From Rhodocyclaceae bacterium (lineage in GTDB: Bacteria > Pseudomonadota > Gammaproteobacteria > Burkholderiales > Rhodocyclaceae), in contig DATETD010000466.1 in NCBI GenBank assembly GCA_035283885.1, forward strand, positions 1 to 34,624: a stretch of DNA of 34,624 bases, written 5' to 3'. Each line of letters opens with the position of its first letter. The first letter of the stretch is position 1. The notes under the pieces were generated by a model. The model searched no databases. It saw only the letters and a program-made list of their open reading frames with translations, and had not been told where the DNA came from. A program made the translations under genes and the position numbers. Positions 8,818 through 19,207 of the stretch are shown one piece after another.

Positions 8818-9324
8818 ATGATGAAGGATTATGCGGCAAAGAGCAACGACGCTGCGATCGAGGGTGGCTTTTCTCAGGAATATCTGACCTACACGCTGGG
8901 GCCGGAGGAATATGCGATCGATATTCTCAAGGTGCAGGAAATTCGCGGTTACGAGCCGCCGACGACAATCGCCAATGCGCCGACGTTTCTTAAAGGCGTG
9001 ATCAATCTGCGCGGCACCATCGTTCCCATCGTCGATCTGCGCATCAAATTCAACGTCGGTAAGGCGGATTACACTCCGTTCACCGTGGTGATTATTTTGA
9101 ATATCGGCAGTCGCGTGGTCGGGATTGTGGTCGATAGCGTCTCGGATGTCACCATGCTGCGCCAGGATCAGATTCGCCCGGCGCCCGAATTCGCCGCAAC
9201 CGTCGACGCCAAATATATCAATGGCTTGGGCACGCTGGGCGAGCGCATGCTGATTGTGGTCGATATCGAGCGCTTGATGCTATCGTCGGAAATGGCTTTG
9301 GTCGAGAGTGCGGTTCACGCCTAA
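8818..9324 (+). CDS. cheW: Chemotaxis coupling protein CheW
   Basis: 168 aa with an AAGGAG ribosome-binding site. CheW-domain blocks are present: [30 protein letters not shown] and [10 protein letters not shown]. Confidence 0.9.
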   Translation: MMKDYAAKSNDAAIEGGFSQEYLTYTLGPEEYAIDILKVQEIRGYEPPTTIANAPTFLKGVINLRGTIVPIVDLRIKFNVGKADYTPFTVVIILNIGSRVVGIVVDSVSDVTMLRQDQIRPAPEFAATVDAKYINGLGTLGERMLIVVDIERLMLSSEMALVESAVHA

Positions 9325-9339
9325 TGGGTTGACTCAAAA

Positions 9340-11754
9340 ATGGGGCAGGGTATGTGGAATTGGAATAATTGGAGGGTGGGAACGCGCCTGGGTGTTTTGG
9401 CGTGTATCGGCGTGTTCGGTTTGATCCTGATGGAACTCATCGGCATGGTCGAAAGCAAAGACCGGCATATTGCGCAGGAGCATTTCTTTCATCACAACCT
9501 GGGTGGGCTCGATAAGATTTCTCAGGCGCGGTTTCTGATGGGCGATAGCCGCGCCCAGGTCTTGTTGGGCTTGCAGCACGACCCTGCCGGAAAATACGCC
9601 AGCGCCCATGATCATGAATTGAGCATGCATATGGATCTGGTGGCGAAAAACCGCGATCAGTTGCTGGCGGTCATCGACGAGATCAATAAGCAGGTGATGG
9701 ACGAAGAGCAGAAAAAGCTGACGGCGTCGGTTATGGACTCGGTTGATCGCTACGTCAAGGAGGGGCTGAATCCGGCGCGCGAGGCGCAGGCGGCGGGGAA
9801 GTTCGACGAGTCCAATATCATCCTGTTGAAGAAAATCAATCCGTTGTACCGCGAATCCGCAGAAAAACTCGAGGCGATACGCGTTTTCCTGAACAAGGAT
9901 GCGACGCAGGATATTCTCGACGATACGGCGGCTTACGAGCGCATGCAGAAAATCATGTTGAGTTTGACGGCGCTGATTGCTGGCTTGTCTTTGTTCGGCG
10001 GTTGGCGCATCGCGCGTAGCGTTACTCGACCGCTGGCGCATGCCGTCGAGGTCGCCGATTCGATTGCACAAGGTCGGCTCGACAACCAGATCGATTACGC
10101 AGGCGATAACGAAATGTCGTCGTTGTTGCAGGCGCTGGAGCAGATGCAGGCGATCTTGCAGCAGCGCATCGCCACTGAGAGTCGGCAGGCGGCGGAAAAT
10201 CTGCGTGTCAAGATCGCTTTGGATCATGTGTCGACCGGCGTGATGATTGCCGATACCGATCGCACCATCATTTATTGCAACGAAGCCGTCAAGCGCATCC
10301 TCAAAGCGGCCGAAGGCGAAATTCGTAAAGCCTTGCCCGGATTCAGTGCGGATCGTTTGATGGGCAGCAATATCGACAGCTTTCACAAAAATCCGCGTCA
10401 TCAGGCCGATTTGCTGGCGAGATTGACGTCGACGTATTCCGCTAATTTGCAGTTGGGTTCGAGGCATATGACGGTGACCGCCAACCCGGTAATCATGGAG
10501 AATGGCGAGCGCGTCGGTTCGGTGGCGGAGTGGCGCGATCGCACCGCCGAGGTGAATGCGCAGAACGAGATCGGCGCTTTGGTCTCCGCCGCGGCGGAGG
10601 GCGATTTTTCGCGGCGCTTGAGCATGGATGGTAAGGAGGGATTCTTCCGCGAATTGGCCGAACGTCTCAATCAGCTCGCCGAAACGACGGCGACCGGCTT
10701 GGCCGATGTCGCGCGCGTGTTGCAATCGCTCTCGGCGGGCGACCTGACGCAGCAAATCGAGCAAGATTATGCCGGGGTATTCGGCCAACTCAAGGACGAC
10801 ACCAACGCCACGGTGTTCCGACTGCGCGAAGTGATCGGCAGGATCAAAGCGGCGACGGTGACGATCAATACCGCCTCGCAGGAAATCGCCGCCGGCAATG
10901 CCGATTTATCGAGCCGCACCGAGGAGCAGGCCAGCAGTTTGCAGCAGACCGCCTCTTCGATGGAGGAATTGAATGCTACCGTCAAACAGAATTCGGCGAA
11001 TGCGATTCAGGCGCAGACTTTGGCGCAAAGCTCGAATTCGATCGCGGTGCGTGGCGGAGAAATGGTCAAGGGCGTGGTCAGCACCATGGGCGCGATCCAG
11101 GAAAGCTCGCGCAAGATCTCGGACATTATCGGCGTGATCGACAGCATTGCGTTCCAAACGAATATTCTGGCGTTGAATGCCGCGGTCGAGGCGGCGCGGG
11201 CGGGCGAGCAGGGACGCGGTTTCGCCGTGGTCGCCACTGAAGTGCGCAGTCTGGCGCAGCGTAGCGCGACCGCCGCCAAGGAAATCAAGATGTTGATCGC
11301 CGAATCGGTCGAGAAGGTCGATGGCGGCGCGCGTCTGGTGCAGCAGGCCGGCAGCACCATGGACGAAGTGGTGCATAGCTTCCAGCAGGTGGCGAATTTC
11401 GTTACCGATATCGCCGGCGCGAGTCGCGAACAAAGTTCGGGGATCGAGCAGGTGACGCAGGCGGTGAGCCAGATGGACGAGGTCACCCAACAAAACGCCG
11501 CCTTGGTGGAGCAGGCGGCGGCGGCGGCGGAAAGTCTCGAAGAGCAGGCGTGCGGCTTGCAGCAGGCGGTGTCGATGTTCAAACTGGCGGAACATGCGGC
11601 GATCCCCGCAGTTGCCACGGCGATTACTCCGGCGCTTGCAGCCGTTCCGTTGCGCACGCTCGCCGATGTGCGTAGACCTTCGGGCAAGGCGGTCGCGCGC
11701 CGCGCGCCGCCGGCGCATTTGGATGCCGACGAAGATCAGTGGGCCGAGTTTTGA
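9340..11754 (+). CDS. MCP: TM1, helical periplasmic (4HB-like) domain, TM2, HAMP, Aer2-type PAS, di-HAMP-like region, MA domain, C-terminal QWAEF
   Basis: 804 aa. The start could be 9340 or 9352 (MGQGM). Signalling hairpin [31 protein letters not shown]. The PAS carries [12 protein letters not shown] and VAEWRDRT. It ends DEDQWAEF. Confidence 0.9.
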   Translation: MGQGMWNWNNWRVGTRLGVLACIGVFGLILMELIGMVESKDRHIAQEHFFHHNLGGLDKISQARFLMGDSRAQVLLGLQHDPAGKYASAHDHELSMHMDLVAKNRDQLLAVIDEINKQVMDEEQKKLTASVMDSVDRYVKEGLNPAREAQAAGKFDESNIILLKKINPLYRESAEKLEAIRVFLNKDATQDILDDTAAYERMQKIMLSLTALIAGLSLFGGWRIARSVTRPLAHAVEVADSIAQGRLDNQIDYAGDNEMSSLLQALEQMQAILQQRIATESRQAAENLRVKIALDHVSTGVMIADTDRTIIYCNEAVKRILKAAEGEIRKALPGFSADRLMGSNIDSFHKNPRHQADLLARLTSTYSANLQLGSRHMTVTANPVIMENGERVGSVAEWRDRTAEVNAQNEIGALVSAAAEGDFSRRLSMDGKEGFFRELAERLNQLAETTATGLADVARVLQSLSAGDLTQQIEQDYAGVFGQLKDDTNATVFRLREVIGRIKAATVTINTASQEIAAGNADLSSRTEEQASSLQQTASSMEELNATVKQNSANAIQAQTLAQSSNSIAVRGGEMVKGVVSTMGAIQESSRKISDIIGVIDSIAFQTNILALNAAVEAARAGEQGRGFAVVATEVRSLAQRSATAAKEIKMLIAESVEKVDGGARLVQQAGSTMDEVVHSFQQVANFVTDIAGASREQSSGIEQVTQAVSQMDEVTQQNAALVEQAAAAAESLEEQACGLQQAVSMFKLAEHAAIPAVATAITPALAAVPLRTLADVRRPSGKAVARRAPPAHLDADEDQWAEF
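10201..10554 (+). other. Cytoplasmic PAS domain, Aer2-like (putative heme-binding), in MCP 9340-11754
   Basis: The PAS sits between HAMP-like segments. A His (codon 349, 10384-10386) lies in the FHKNP motif and a Trp (codon 398, 10531-10533) in EWRDRT. These positions are analogous to the proximal His and O2-stabilising Trp described for P. aeruginosa Aer2. The assignment is from memory of the family, not from an alignment. Confidence 0.55.
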
Positions 11755-11762
11755 TGAGTAAA

Positions 11763-11784
11763 AAAGTCGGCGCTGACGGGACGG
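11763..11784 (+). repeat. 22-nt dispersed intergenic element, copy 1: aaagtcggcgctgacgggacgg
   Basis: It begins 9 nt after the MCP stop codon. The flanks are not conserved among copies. Confidence 0.8.
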
Positions 11785-11848
11785 TAGCGGAGCTTGCGTA
11801 GTCGCTTGTCCGCTTACCTTACGGACGATTAACCACAGATAACGATAC

Positions 11849-12208
11849 ATGCGTACTAATTTGCCGGTCACCCAGAAGGAAGTCGTGCTCGACGAAACGC
11901 GGCTGATCGTTTCCCGCACCGATTTGCAAGGAGCGATTACCTATGTCAACCGAGACTTCGTCGAGGTCAGCGGGTTTACCGAAGCCGAGTTGATCGGCGC
12001 GCCGCACAATATCGTGCGTCATCCCGATATGCCGGTCGAGGCGTTCGCCGATCTGTGGGCGACCTTGAAGGCCGGACGGCCTTGGGTGGGTTTGGTGAAG
12101 AATCGCTGCAAAAACGGCGATTACTATTGGGTGTTGGCGAATGCCGCGCCCGTGGTCGAGCAGGGACAGGTCACCGGGTATTTGTCGGTGCGCCGCCGCG
12201 CGTCGCCT
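11849..12208 (+). other. Aer-type (FAD-binding family) PAS domain
   Basis: The motifs TDLQGxITYVN, PHNxVRHPDMP, FADLW, [12 protein letters not shown] and GYxSVRR match the E. coli Aer N-terminal PAS. Confidence 0.75.
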
Positions 12209-14671
12209 GCCGCGATCGCCGCGCATGAAAGCGTTTACCGTCGATTTCGCGAAAAGCAAGCGGGAGGCTTGGCGATACGTTTCGGTCAGGCGGTCGAGGG
12301 CGGTTGGCGCGCTCGTTTGCATGGGCAAAATTTAAGCATAGGCGCGCGCTTATGGCTGGCGATCGCCAGTATTGTCGCTATCGCCATGGTGGCGATCGGC
12401 AGCGCATGGTGGGGAATGAACGAGTCGCAACAGCGCTTTAGCGGCTTTATCGCACAGGAACAGAAACTGCTCGACAGCTATTCCGGCATGTATGCACAGG
12501 GCTTGCAGGTGGGGCAGGCGATACGCAATATCGCGCTCGATGCGGAGAATCGCAAGGCGTATGACAATCATCAGCAGGCGAAGAAGGATTTTCAGGCGGA
12601 GTTGGCGACCGCGCAATCCGTGCAGCGTATCGATCCCGCCATCGGCAAATCCTTGCAGCGCATCGCCGAACTGAGTTCGCGTCAGTTCGAACTGCACGAC
12701 AAGATTTTGGAAGCCGTCAAATCCGGCGATGCGGCGGCGGCGCGACGTATGCTGAACGAGAACGATACGCCGCTGTGGCGCGACTATAAGAAAATCTTGC
12801 TCGACGATCGCCTGACGTTGCGGCAACAGGCCAAACGGGGGCAGGAGGACGTCCAGGCGATGGTGACGCGCACCGAACGGATTTCGGCGCTGGCGATGCT
12901 CGGCACCTTGCTGGCGGCTATCGTCACGGCGGTGCTGTTGTCGCGCTCGATTCGTCGCCCGATGGCGAAAATGAACGAGACCTTCGACGGAATTTTGCAG
13001 GGCGACTATTCGAATACAATCGAGATCGCGCGTAACGACGAAATCGGCAAGGCGTTGCAAGGCTTGCAGGTATTGCAGACGCGTATGGGATTCGAGGTGT
13101 CCGAAGCGCGCCGTCAAGCCGAGGAAATGACGCGGATTAAATTTGCCTTGGATACGGTGACCATGCCGGTGACCGTATCCGACGAGAAGAACGCCTTGAT
13201 CTATTTGAATCGTTCGGCGCAGGCGCTGTGGTCGGCGATGGCCGACGGCATCCGGCGCACGCACGCCGGATTCGATGCATCGAAATTGTTGGGCGCGCGT
13301 CTCGCGGATTATTTCGACGACGACGATACGCGCACAGCGTATCGCGCCGAATTGGTCGATTCGCGCACCTTGGACACCGAGTTGGCGGCGCATGCCTTGC
13401 GCGTGACGGCCAGTCCGGTGCGCGATTCCCAAGGGAAATATCTCGGTCGCGTGTCGCAATGGATGGATAGGACGCTGGAGATTCAAGTCGAGAAAGAAGT
13501 CGCCGAGATCGTGCGCGCGGCGGCGGCGGGCGATCTGGAGCAGCGCATGACGACCGACGACAAGAGCGGGTTTTTCGCGACGCTAGGCGTCGAATTGAAC
13601 CGCTTGTTGGCGACGACGCAGCAAGCGTTGGCGGCGACTTCGTCGGTGCTGGAGCGCATGGCGCAAGGCGATTTGACGCAGCGCATCGAGGGCGACTATG
13701 CCGGAATTTTCGGGCGCTTGCAAAGCGACGTCAATGCGACCGTGGAGCGTTTGCGCGAGGCGATCGGACGCATCAAGGAGTCGACCGGCGCGATCGACAC
13801 GGCGGCGCAGGAGATCGCCTCGGGCAATACGGATCTGTCGTCGCGCACCGAGCAGCAGGCCAGTAGTTTGGAGCAGACGTCGAGTTCGATGGAGCAGTTG
13901 AATTCCACCGTCAAGCAAAATGCCGATAGCGCGCGCCGTGCCAACGAGTTGTCGCATCGGGCGAATAGCGGCGTAATGCGTAGCGGCCAGGTGGTCAAGC
14001 AGGTGGTGGCGACGATGGGGGCGATTCAGACCAGTTCGCGCAAGATTGCCGACATCATCGGCGCGATCGACGGGATTGCCTTTCAGACCAATATCCTGGC
14101 TTTGAATGCCGCCGTCGAGGCGGCGCGCGCGGGCGAACAGGGGCGCGGTTTTGCGGTGGTGGCGACCGAAGTGCGCGCCTTGGCGCAGCGCAGTGCGCTT
14201 GCCGCCAAAGAAATCAAGGCGCTGATCGCCGAGTCGGTCGATAAGGTCGAAAGCGGGGTTAAACAAGTCAGCGAGGCGGGCGGCGCCATCGACGACGTCG
14301 TGGTCGATTTTCAGCAGGTGGCGACCTTGGTCACCGATATCGCCAACGCCAGCCGCGAGCAGAGTTCCGGCATCGAACAGGTGACGCAGGCCGTCAGCCA
14401 GATGGACGAGGTGACGCAGCAGAATGCGGCGTTGGTCGAGCAGGCCGCGGCCGCGGCCGAAAGTCTGGAAGAGCAGGCGCGCGGTTTGATGCAGGCGGTG
14501 GCGATGTTCAAAATACTCGATGCGGATAGTCGGATCGCAATTCCGTCGGTGCCGACGCCGATGCCGAGAATTGTTCCCGACCCGCGTAAGGCGCTCACTA
14601 AGGCGCTTACAGGGCGCAAGACGCCGCCCGCTTACATGGACGACGAAGGCGATCAATGGGCGGAGTTTTAA
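11849..14671 (+). CDS. MCP: N-terminal Aer-type PAS, TM1, helical periplasmic domain, TM2, HAMP, divergent PAS, di-HAMP-like region, MA domain, C-terminal QWAEF
   Basis: 940 aa. The N-terminus is collinear with the E. coli Aer PAS ([43 protein letters not shown]). It has two TM segments ([20 protein letters not shown] and [20 protein letters not shown]). The MA domain is near-identical in protein sequence to that of its neighbours. Confidence 0.9.
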   Translation: MRTNLPVTQKEVVLDETRLIVSRTDLQGAITYVNRDFVEVSGFTEAELIGAPHNIVRHPDMPVEAFADLWATLKAGRPWVGLVKNRCKNGDYYWVLANAAPVVEQGQVTGYLSVRRRASPAAIAAHESVYRRFREKQAGGLAIRFGQAVEGGWRARLHGQNLSIGARLWLAIASIVAIAMVAIGSAWWGMNESQQRFSGFIAQEQKLLDSYSGMYAQGLQVGQAIRNIALDAENRKAYDNHQQAKKDFQAELATAQSVQRIDPAIGKSLQRIAELSSRQFELHDKILEAVKSGDAAAARRMLNENDTPLWRDYKKILLDDRLTLRQQAKRGQEDVQAMVTRTERISALAMLGTLLAAIVTAVLLSRSIRRPMAKMNETFDGILQGDYSNTIEIARNDEIGKALQGLQVLQTRMGFEVSEARRQAEEMTRIKFALDTVTMPVTVSDEKNALIYLNRSAQALWSAMADGIRRTHAGFDASKLLGARLADYFDDDDTRTAYRAELVDSRTLDTELAAHALRVTASPVRDSQGKYLGRVSQWMDRTLEIQVEKEVAEIVRAAAAGDLEQRMTTDDKSGFFATLGVELNRLLATTQQALAATSSVLERMAQGDLTQRIEGDYAGIFGRLQSDVNATVERLREAIGRIKESTGAIDTAAQEIASGNTDLSSRTEQQASSLEQTSSSMEQLNSTVKQNADSARRANELSHRANSGVMRSGQVVKQVVATMGAIQTSSRKIADIIGAIDGIAFQTNILALNAAVEAARAGEQGRGFAVVATEVRALAQRSALAAKEIKALIAESVDKVESGVKQVSEAGGAIDDVVVDFQQVATLVTDIANASREQSSGIEQVTQAVSQMDEVTQQNAALVEQAAAAAESLEEQARGLMQAVAMFKILDADSRIAIPSVPTPMPRIVPDPRKALTKALTGRKTPPAYMDDEGDQWAEF
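13130..13483 (+). other. Cytoplasmic PAS domain paralogous to the Aer2-like PAS but lacking the FHKNP His
   Basis: It is collinear with the PAS of the flanking MCPs and the Trp is kept (SQWMDRT, 13460-13462). The segment NIDxFHKNPxHQ is replaced by [12 protein letters not shown], with Asp at codon 490 (13316-13318). Confidence 0.55.
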
Positions 14672-14683
14672 GCTTGGGAGTGA

Positions 14684-14705
14684 AAAGTCGGCGCTGACGA
14701 GACGG
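14684..14705 (+). repeat. 22-nt dispersed intergenic element, copy 2: aaagtcggcgctgacgagacgg
   Basis: It begins 13 nt after the MCP stop codon and matches copy 1 at 21/22 positions. Confidence 0.8.
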
Positions 14706-14826
14706 GTCGAAGCGCGGATAGCAGCGCGGATCGTAGCGATTTCTCCTAGCGGCGCCTTAGTGGCGTCTATGTTTTTACCGTATGATGTTACCGTTGGCGA
14801 TGGTGGATCTTTAGAAAGAGAGCGAT

Positions 14827-15186
14827 ATGCGAAGCAATTTGCCTGTAACCCAGAAGGAAGCCCTGCTCGACGATGCGACCATGATCGTGTCGAAAACCGA
14901 TTTGCAGGGGCGGATTACCTATGTCAATAAAGACTTTATCGACATCAGCGGTTTTACCGAAGCGGAGTTGATTGGACAGCCGCATAATTTGGTGCGGCAT
15001 CCCGATATGCCGGTCGAGGCTTTCGCCGATCTGTGGAGCACGCTGAAGGCGAATCGCCCATGGATTGGGTTGGTTAAAAATCGCTGCAAAAACGGCGATC
15101 ACTATTGGGTCGAAGCGCACGCGGCGCCGATTTGGGACGGGGGCAGCGTCGTCGGTTATATGTCGGTGCGTCGCAAGCCGAGTCGA
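14827..15186 (+). other. Aer-type (FAD-binding family) PAS domain
   Basis: Same motif set as 11849-12208. Confidence 0.75.
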
Positions 15187-18081
15187 CAGCAGGTCGAGGC
15201 GGTCGAAAGCGCGTATCGCGCATTTCGCGACAACCGCGCCAAAAGTCTGGCCGTAGAGAATGGCGAGGTGGTGTCGCGCGGTTGGCTGGCGCGCGTCAAG
15301 CATCGTTTGCGCGACTCCGGTTTATCGACCAAGATGATTATCGGTTGTGCGTTGAGCGCCGTCGTCGTTATGACAGGGTCGACGACGTTCTTGGCGAAGC
15401 ACCTCGGCGGCATGCTGGAGGAGCAGGGGCTGGCCGAACTCAATCAGAATCTCAAGTTGATTAAGGGCATGGTCGAGGTGCGCGCCAAGGCGATGACGGC
15501 GGATGCCGCACGCTTGAACGATATCTTCGTGCATGATTTTCAGGGCGGATTCAGCGTCGAAGATGCGGGCGGCGAGACGCCGATTTTGAAGGTCGGCTCA
15601 ACCGTGCTCAACGGGCGCACCGAGGAGGTCGATCATTTCACCGAGATATCCAAGGCGGTGGCCACGGTGCTGGTGCGCAAGGGCGACGACTTTATTCGTA
15701 TCGCAACCTCGGTCAAAGACGAGAAAGGTCAGCGCGCCGTCGGCACGCGGATTACCAAGGATCATCCCGCGCATGCGAAGTTAATGGCAGGCGAGAATAT
15801 TTCGGGTAAGACCAATTTATTCGGCAAAGATTATTACGCCTCCTTCCGCTCGATTAGGGGGAAAGACGGTCAAGTGATCGGCGGTTTATTCATCGGCTTG
15901 GATGTTTCCGCCGAAGTGGCGGATTTGCGTCAGCACATCAAATCCGTCAAGGTGGGACAAACGGGATATTTCTTTGTTGTTAACGGTGAGCCGGGCAAGG
16001 ACTTAGGGCAGACGTTGGTCCATCCCGCCAAAGAAGGCGCGAATTTACTGGGCGCGAAGGATGCCGCGGGACGCGAATTTGTTCGCGAGATGATCGATAA
16101 AAAGCAAGGCGCGATTCGTTATCCTTGGGCGAACAAAGAGTTGGGCGATACCGAACCGCGCGAGAAAGTCGTCGTATTCGACACCTTCGCCGATTGGCAT
16201 TGGATCATCGGCGGCGGCACCTATCTCGACGAGTTCGAGGCGGTGGCGCGCACCATGCAGAAATTCTTGTGGATTACCTCGGCGGTGGTGGTGGCGGTGT
16301 TGATCGCGATGATTTCCTGGCTGGTGCGCATCCTGATCCGTAATCCGCTGCAGAACGAAGTTCTCCCGGCGTTCCGCGCCTTGTCGGGGGGGCGATACGA
16401 TACGCAGATGAATGTGGCGCGCAACGACGAGATCGGTCGGGTAATGCAAGGGCTGGAATCGATGCAGAATCGATTAGGCTTCGAAATCGCCGAGCAACAG
16501 CGCGTGGCGAACGAAAATCTGCGCATCAAAACGGCCTTGGATAACGTCAGCACCGGGGTGATGATTGCCGACACGAATCGCACCATTATTTACGCCAATC
16601 ATTCGGTGCAGCGCATCCTTAAAAACGCCGAAAGCGCGATTCGTCGGCAACTGCCGAATTTCGATGCGGAGCATATGCTGGGCGTCAATATCGACACCTT
16701 CCATAAGAACCCGTCGCACCAGGCGAATTTGCTGGCGACGTTTACCTCGACCTATGTGGCGAATATGGAGATCGGCGGGCGACATTTGCGCGTCACCGCC
16801 AGCCCGGTATTCAACGAGCGTAAGGAGCGCTTGGGCGCGGTGGCGGAGTGGTTGGATCGCACGGCGGAAGTTCAAGTCGAGCGCGAAGTGGCGGATATCG
16901 TCGATAGCGCACAGATCGGCGATTTCGACAAGCGTTTAAGTTTGGAGGGTAAAGAAGGCTTTATCCGGCAACTGGCCGAGGGATTGAACAGCTTGTCCGA
17001 GGTCACCTCGTCGGGATTGAAGGATGTGGCGACCGTATTGCAGGCCGTGGCGCAAGGCGATTTGACGAAGACGATCGATAAGGATTACCAAGGCATTTTC
17101 GGCCAGTTGAAGGACGATACCAATGCCACGGTCGAACGTTTGCGCGAAGTGGTGGGCCGCATCAAGGAAGCCACCGAAGCGATCAATACCGCATCGCAGG
17201 AAATTGCCGCCGGCAATCAGGATTTGTCGAGCCGCACCGAACAGCAGGCCAGCAGCCTGGAGGAAACGTCGAGTTCGATGGAACAGCTCAATGCGACCGT
17301 CAAGCAGAATGCGGATAGTGCGCGCCAAGCCAACGAGTTGGCCAAGACCTCGAATGCGGGCGTCACCCGCGGCGGTCAAGTGGTCAAGCAAGTGGTGGTG
17401 ACGATGGGCGAAATCCAGGCCAGTTCGCGCAAGATTTCCGACATTATCGGCGTGATCGACAGCATCGCCTTCCAGACGAATATCCTGGCGCTGAATGCGG
17501 CGGTCGAGGCGGCGCGCGCCGGCGAGCAGGGGCGCGGTTTTGCCGTGGTGGCGACCGAAGTGCGTAGCCTGGCGCAGCGTAGCGCGACGGCGGCGAAGGA
17601 GATCAAGGCCTTGATTGCCGAGTCGGTGGATAAGGTCGAGGGCGGCGCCAAGTTGGTGCAGCAGGCGGGGGCGACCATGGATGAGGTCGTGGTCAGTTTC
17701 CAGCAGGTGGCGGATATCGTCACCGATATTGCCGGCGCCAGCCGCGAACAGAGTTCGGGTATCGAGCAGGTGACTCAGGCCGTCAGCCAGATGGACGAAG
17801 TGACGCAACAGAATGCGGCCTTGGTCGAGCAGGCGGCGGCGGCGGCGGAAAGTCTGGAAGAGCAGACGCGCGGCCTGGTGCAGGCCGTCAGTATGTTCAA
17901 GCTGTCGGATACGCAACGACACCTACAACCGGTGGCGGCGACGCCGTTGCGCCACGCCGCCCCCGCTGCGCCTAAATCATTACCGAGCGCCCGCCCGTCG
18001 GCGCCGTCGGTGAGATCGTCGGGGAAAAAGCCGGTGCCGTCGCATTTGGTGGACGATGGCGAGCAATGGGAGGAGTTCTAA
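14827..18081 (+). CDS. MCP: N-terminal Aer-type PAS, TM1, large periplasmic Cache-like double sensor, TM2, HAMP, Aer2-type PAS, di-HAMP-like region, MA domain, C-terminal QWEEF
   Basis: 1084 aa. Aer-like PAS ([43 protein letters not shown]). The ~290-aa periplasmic region has Cache-like blocks ([64 protein letters not shown]). The PAS carries [12 protein letters not shown] and AEWLDRT. Confidence 0.9.
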   Translation: MRSNLPVTQKEALLDDATMIVSKTDLQGRITYVNKDFIDISGFTEAELIGQPHNLVRHPDMPVEAFADLWSTLKANRPWIGLVKNRCKNGDHYWVEAHAAPIWDGGSVVGYMSVRRKPSRQQVEAVESAYRAFRDNRAKSLAVENGEVVSRGWLARVKHRLRDSGLSTKMIIGCALSAVVVMTGSTTFLAKHLGGMLEEQGLAELNQNLKLIKGMVEVRAKAMTADAARLNDIFVHDFQGGFSVEDAGGETPILKVGSTVLNGRTEEVDHFTEISKAVATVLVRKGDDFIRIATSVKDEKGQRAVGTRITKDHPAHAKLMAGENISGKTNLFGKDYYASFRSIRGKDGQVIGGLFIGLDVSAEVADLRQHIKSVKVGQTGYFFVVNGEPGKDLGQTLVHPAKEGANLLGAKDAAGREFVREMIDKKQGAIRYPWANKELGDTEPREKVVVFDTFADWHWIIGGGTYLDEFEAVARTMQKFLWITSAVVVAVLIAMISWLVRILIRNPLQNEVLPAFRALSGGRYDTQMNVARNDEIGRVMQGLESMQNRLGFEIAEQQRVANENLRIKTALDNVSTGVMIADTNRTIIYANHSVQRILKNAESAIRRQLPNFDAEHMLGVNIDTFHKNPSHQANLLATFTSTYVANMEIGGRHLRVTASPVFNERKERLGAVAEWLDRTAEVQVEREVADIVDSAQIGDFDKRLSLEGKEGFIRQLAEGLNSLSEVTSSGLKDVATVLQAVAQGDLTKTIDKDYQGIFGQLKDDTNATVERLREVVGRIKEATEAINTASQEIAAGNQDLSSRTEQQASSLEETSSSMEQLNATVKQNADSARQANELAKTSNAGVTRGGQVVKQVVVTMGEIQASSRKISDIIGVIDSIAFQTNILALNAAVEAARAGEQGRGFAVVATEVRSLAQRSATAAKEIKALIAESVDKVEGGAKLVQQAGATMDEVVVSFQQVADIVTDIAGASREQSSGIEQVTQAVSQMDEVTQQNAALVEQAAAAAESLEEQTRGLVQAVSMFKLSDTQRHLQPVAATPLRHAAPAAPKSLPSARPSAPSVRSSGKKPVPSHLVDDGEQWEEF
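16519..16872 (+). other. Cytoplasmic PAS domain, Aer2-like (putative heme-binding)
   Basis: His codon 626 (16702-16704) lies in FHKNP and Trp codon 675 (16849-16851) in EWLDRT. Confidence 0.55.
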
Positions 18082-18095
18082 GCCATGCAACGCTG

Positions 18096-18117
18096 AAAGT
18101 CGGCGCTGGCGGGACGG
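18096..18117 (+). repeat. 22-nt dispersed intergenic element, copy 3: aaagtcggcgctggcgggacgg
   Basis: It begins 15 nt after the MCP stop codon and matches copy 1 at 21/22 positions. Confidence 0.8.
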
Positions 18118-18172
18118 ATCGCCAAAATCGAGCTTATCTCGTAGTATAACTTTGGTTATCTTCGGTCTAGCG

Positions 18173-18201
18173 TTGACAGCGTGTCTTTGTCCCTTTATTG
18201 T
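18173..18201 (+). promoter_or_regulatory. Candidate sigma70-type promoter upstream of cheR (TTGACA-N17-TATTGT)
   Basis: ttgaca at 18173-18178, a 17-nt spacer, and tattgt at 18196-18201, inside a 261-nt AT-richer gap between the third large MCP and cheR. This is a motif match only. Confidence 0.3.
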
Positions 18202-18342
18202 CGATAGCCTTGCTTGAAATGGATGATATCCTGTCGTTGATAGAGTGACAGCTTTGTTGAAGCCGACGCATGAGTCCGACGGCGGGATGCGCCATGAATC
18301 CACTTAACCTATAGCCCTGCAACCTGTGTCCGTAGAAAAAAA

Positions 18343-19203
18343 TTGACTGATCCGACTCGCGAATTCAACTTCACCAGCGCCGATTTCGAACGGGTGCGCA
18401 CGCTGATTTATCAGCACGCCGGCATTTCCTTGGCGCCGGTCAAGCAAGACATGGTGTATAGCCGCCTGGCTCGGCGATTAAGGGCGCTGGGCTACGCCAC
18501 GTTCGAGCAGTATTTGTCCCATCTGGAGTCGAACGACGCCGAGGAATGGGAGATTTTCGTCAATTCGTTGACGACGAATTTGACCTCGTTTTTCCGCGAG
18601 GCCCATCATTTCGAAATATTGACGCGCTATGTGCGCGAACTGCGTCAGCGCCCCATTCGCATTTGGTGCTCGGCAGCCTCGACCGGCGAAGAACCGTATT
18701 CGCTGGCGATTACCGCGTGCGAAGCTTTCGATTCGATGACGCCGCCGGTCGAGATATTCGCCAGCGATATCGACACCAACGTGCTGGCGACGGCGGAAAA
18801 AGGCATTTATACCCTGGAGCGGGTGAGTCAATTGAGTACGAATCGCTTGCAGCGATTCTTTCTCAAGGGAACGAAAGATCAAGCCGGATATGTGCGCGTG
18901 CGCCCCGAGCTGCAAAAGATGATCCGTTTTATGAGAATTAATTTATTGGATGCGCGCTGGGCGGTTCAGGGGCCTTTCGACGCGATTTTCTGTCGTAACG
19001 TGATGATTTATTTCGATAAACCGACGCAATACGCGATTTTGAAAAAATTTATGCCGTTATTGCGCGAAGACGGCTTGCTGTTTGCGGGACACTCGGAGAG
19101 TTTTTTACATGCCGCCGATATTTTTCGCTCGATCGGTCGCACCGTCTACGAACGCGCGGATCGCCGCTCGACCGAACCGGTATTGCCGGCAATAAAGAGA
19201 TAG
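18343..19203 (+). CDS. cheR: Chemotaxis protein methyltransferase CheR
   Basis: 286 aa and collinear with E. coli CheR (DMVYSRLARRLRALG, LTTNLTSFFREAHHFEIL, WCSAASTGEEPYSLA, FCRNVMIYFD). It appears to use a TTG start, because there is no in-frame ATG before the conserved N-terminal helix region. Confidence 0.9.
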   Translation: MTDPTREFNFTSADFERVRTLIYQHAGISLAPVKQDMVYSRLARRLRALGYATFEQYLSHLESNDAEEWEIFVNSLTTNLTSFFREAHHFEILTRYVRELRQRPIRIWCSAASTGEEPYSLAITACEAFDSMTPPVEIFASDIDTNVLATAEKGIYTLERVSQLSTNRLQRFFLKGTKDQAGYVRVRPELQKMIRFMRINLLDARWAVQGPFDAIFCRNVMIYFDKPTQYAILKKFMPLLREDGLLFAGHSESFLHAADIFRSIGRTVYERADRRSTEPVLPAIKR

Positions 19204-19207
19204 TGCA

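Noticed and set aside
9334-10788. Long minus-strand ORFs are listed in the six-frame track. Examples are 9334-10788 (484 aa), 3645-4796 (383 aa), 12350-13486 (378 aa), 13583-14656 (357 aa), 10906-11919, 16936-17922, 7706-8689, 27325-28224 and 2800-3657.
   Set aside because: Each lies entirely antisense to a + strand gene with unmistakable family motifs (MCP, MotA/MotB or CheA). Their translations are Arg/His/Gln/Asp-rich low-complexity strings typical of shadow ORFs in GC-rich DNA. I recognise no family motif in any of them.
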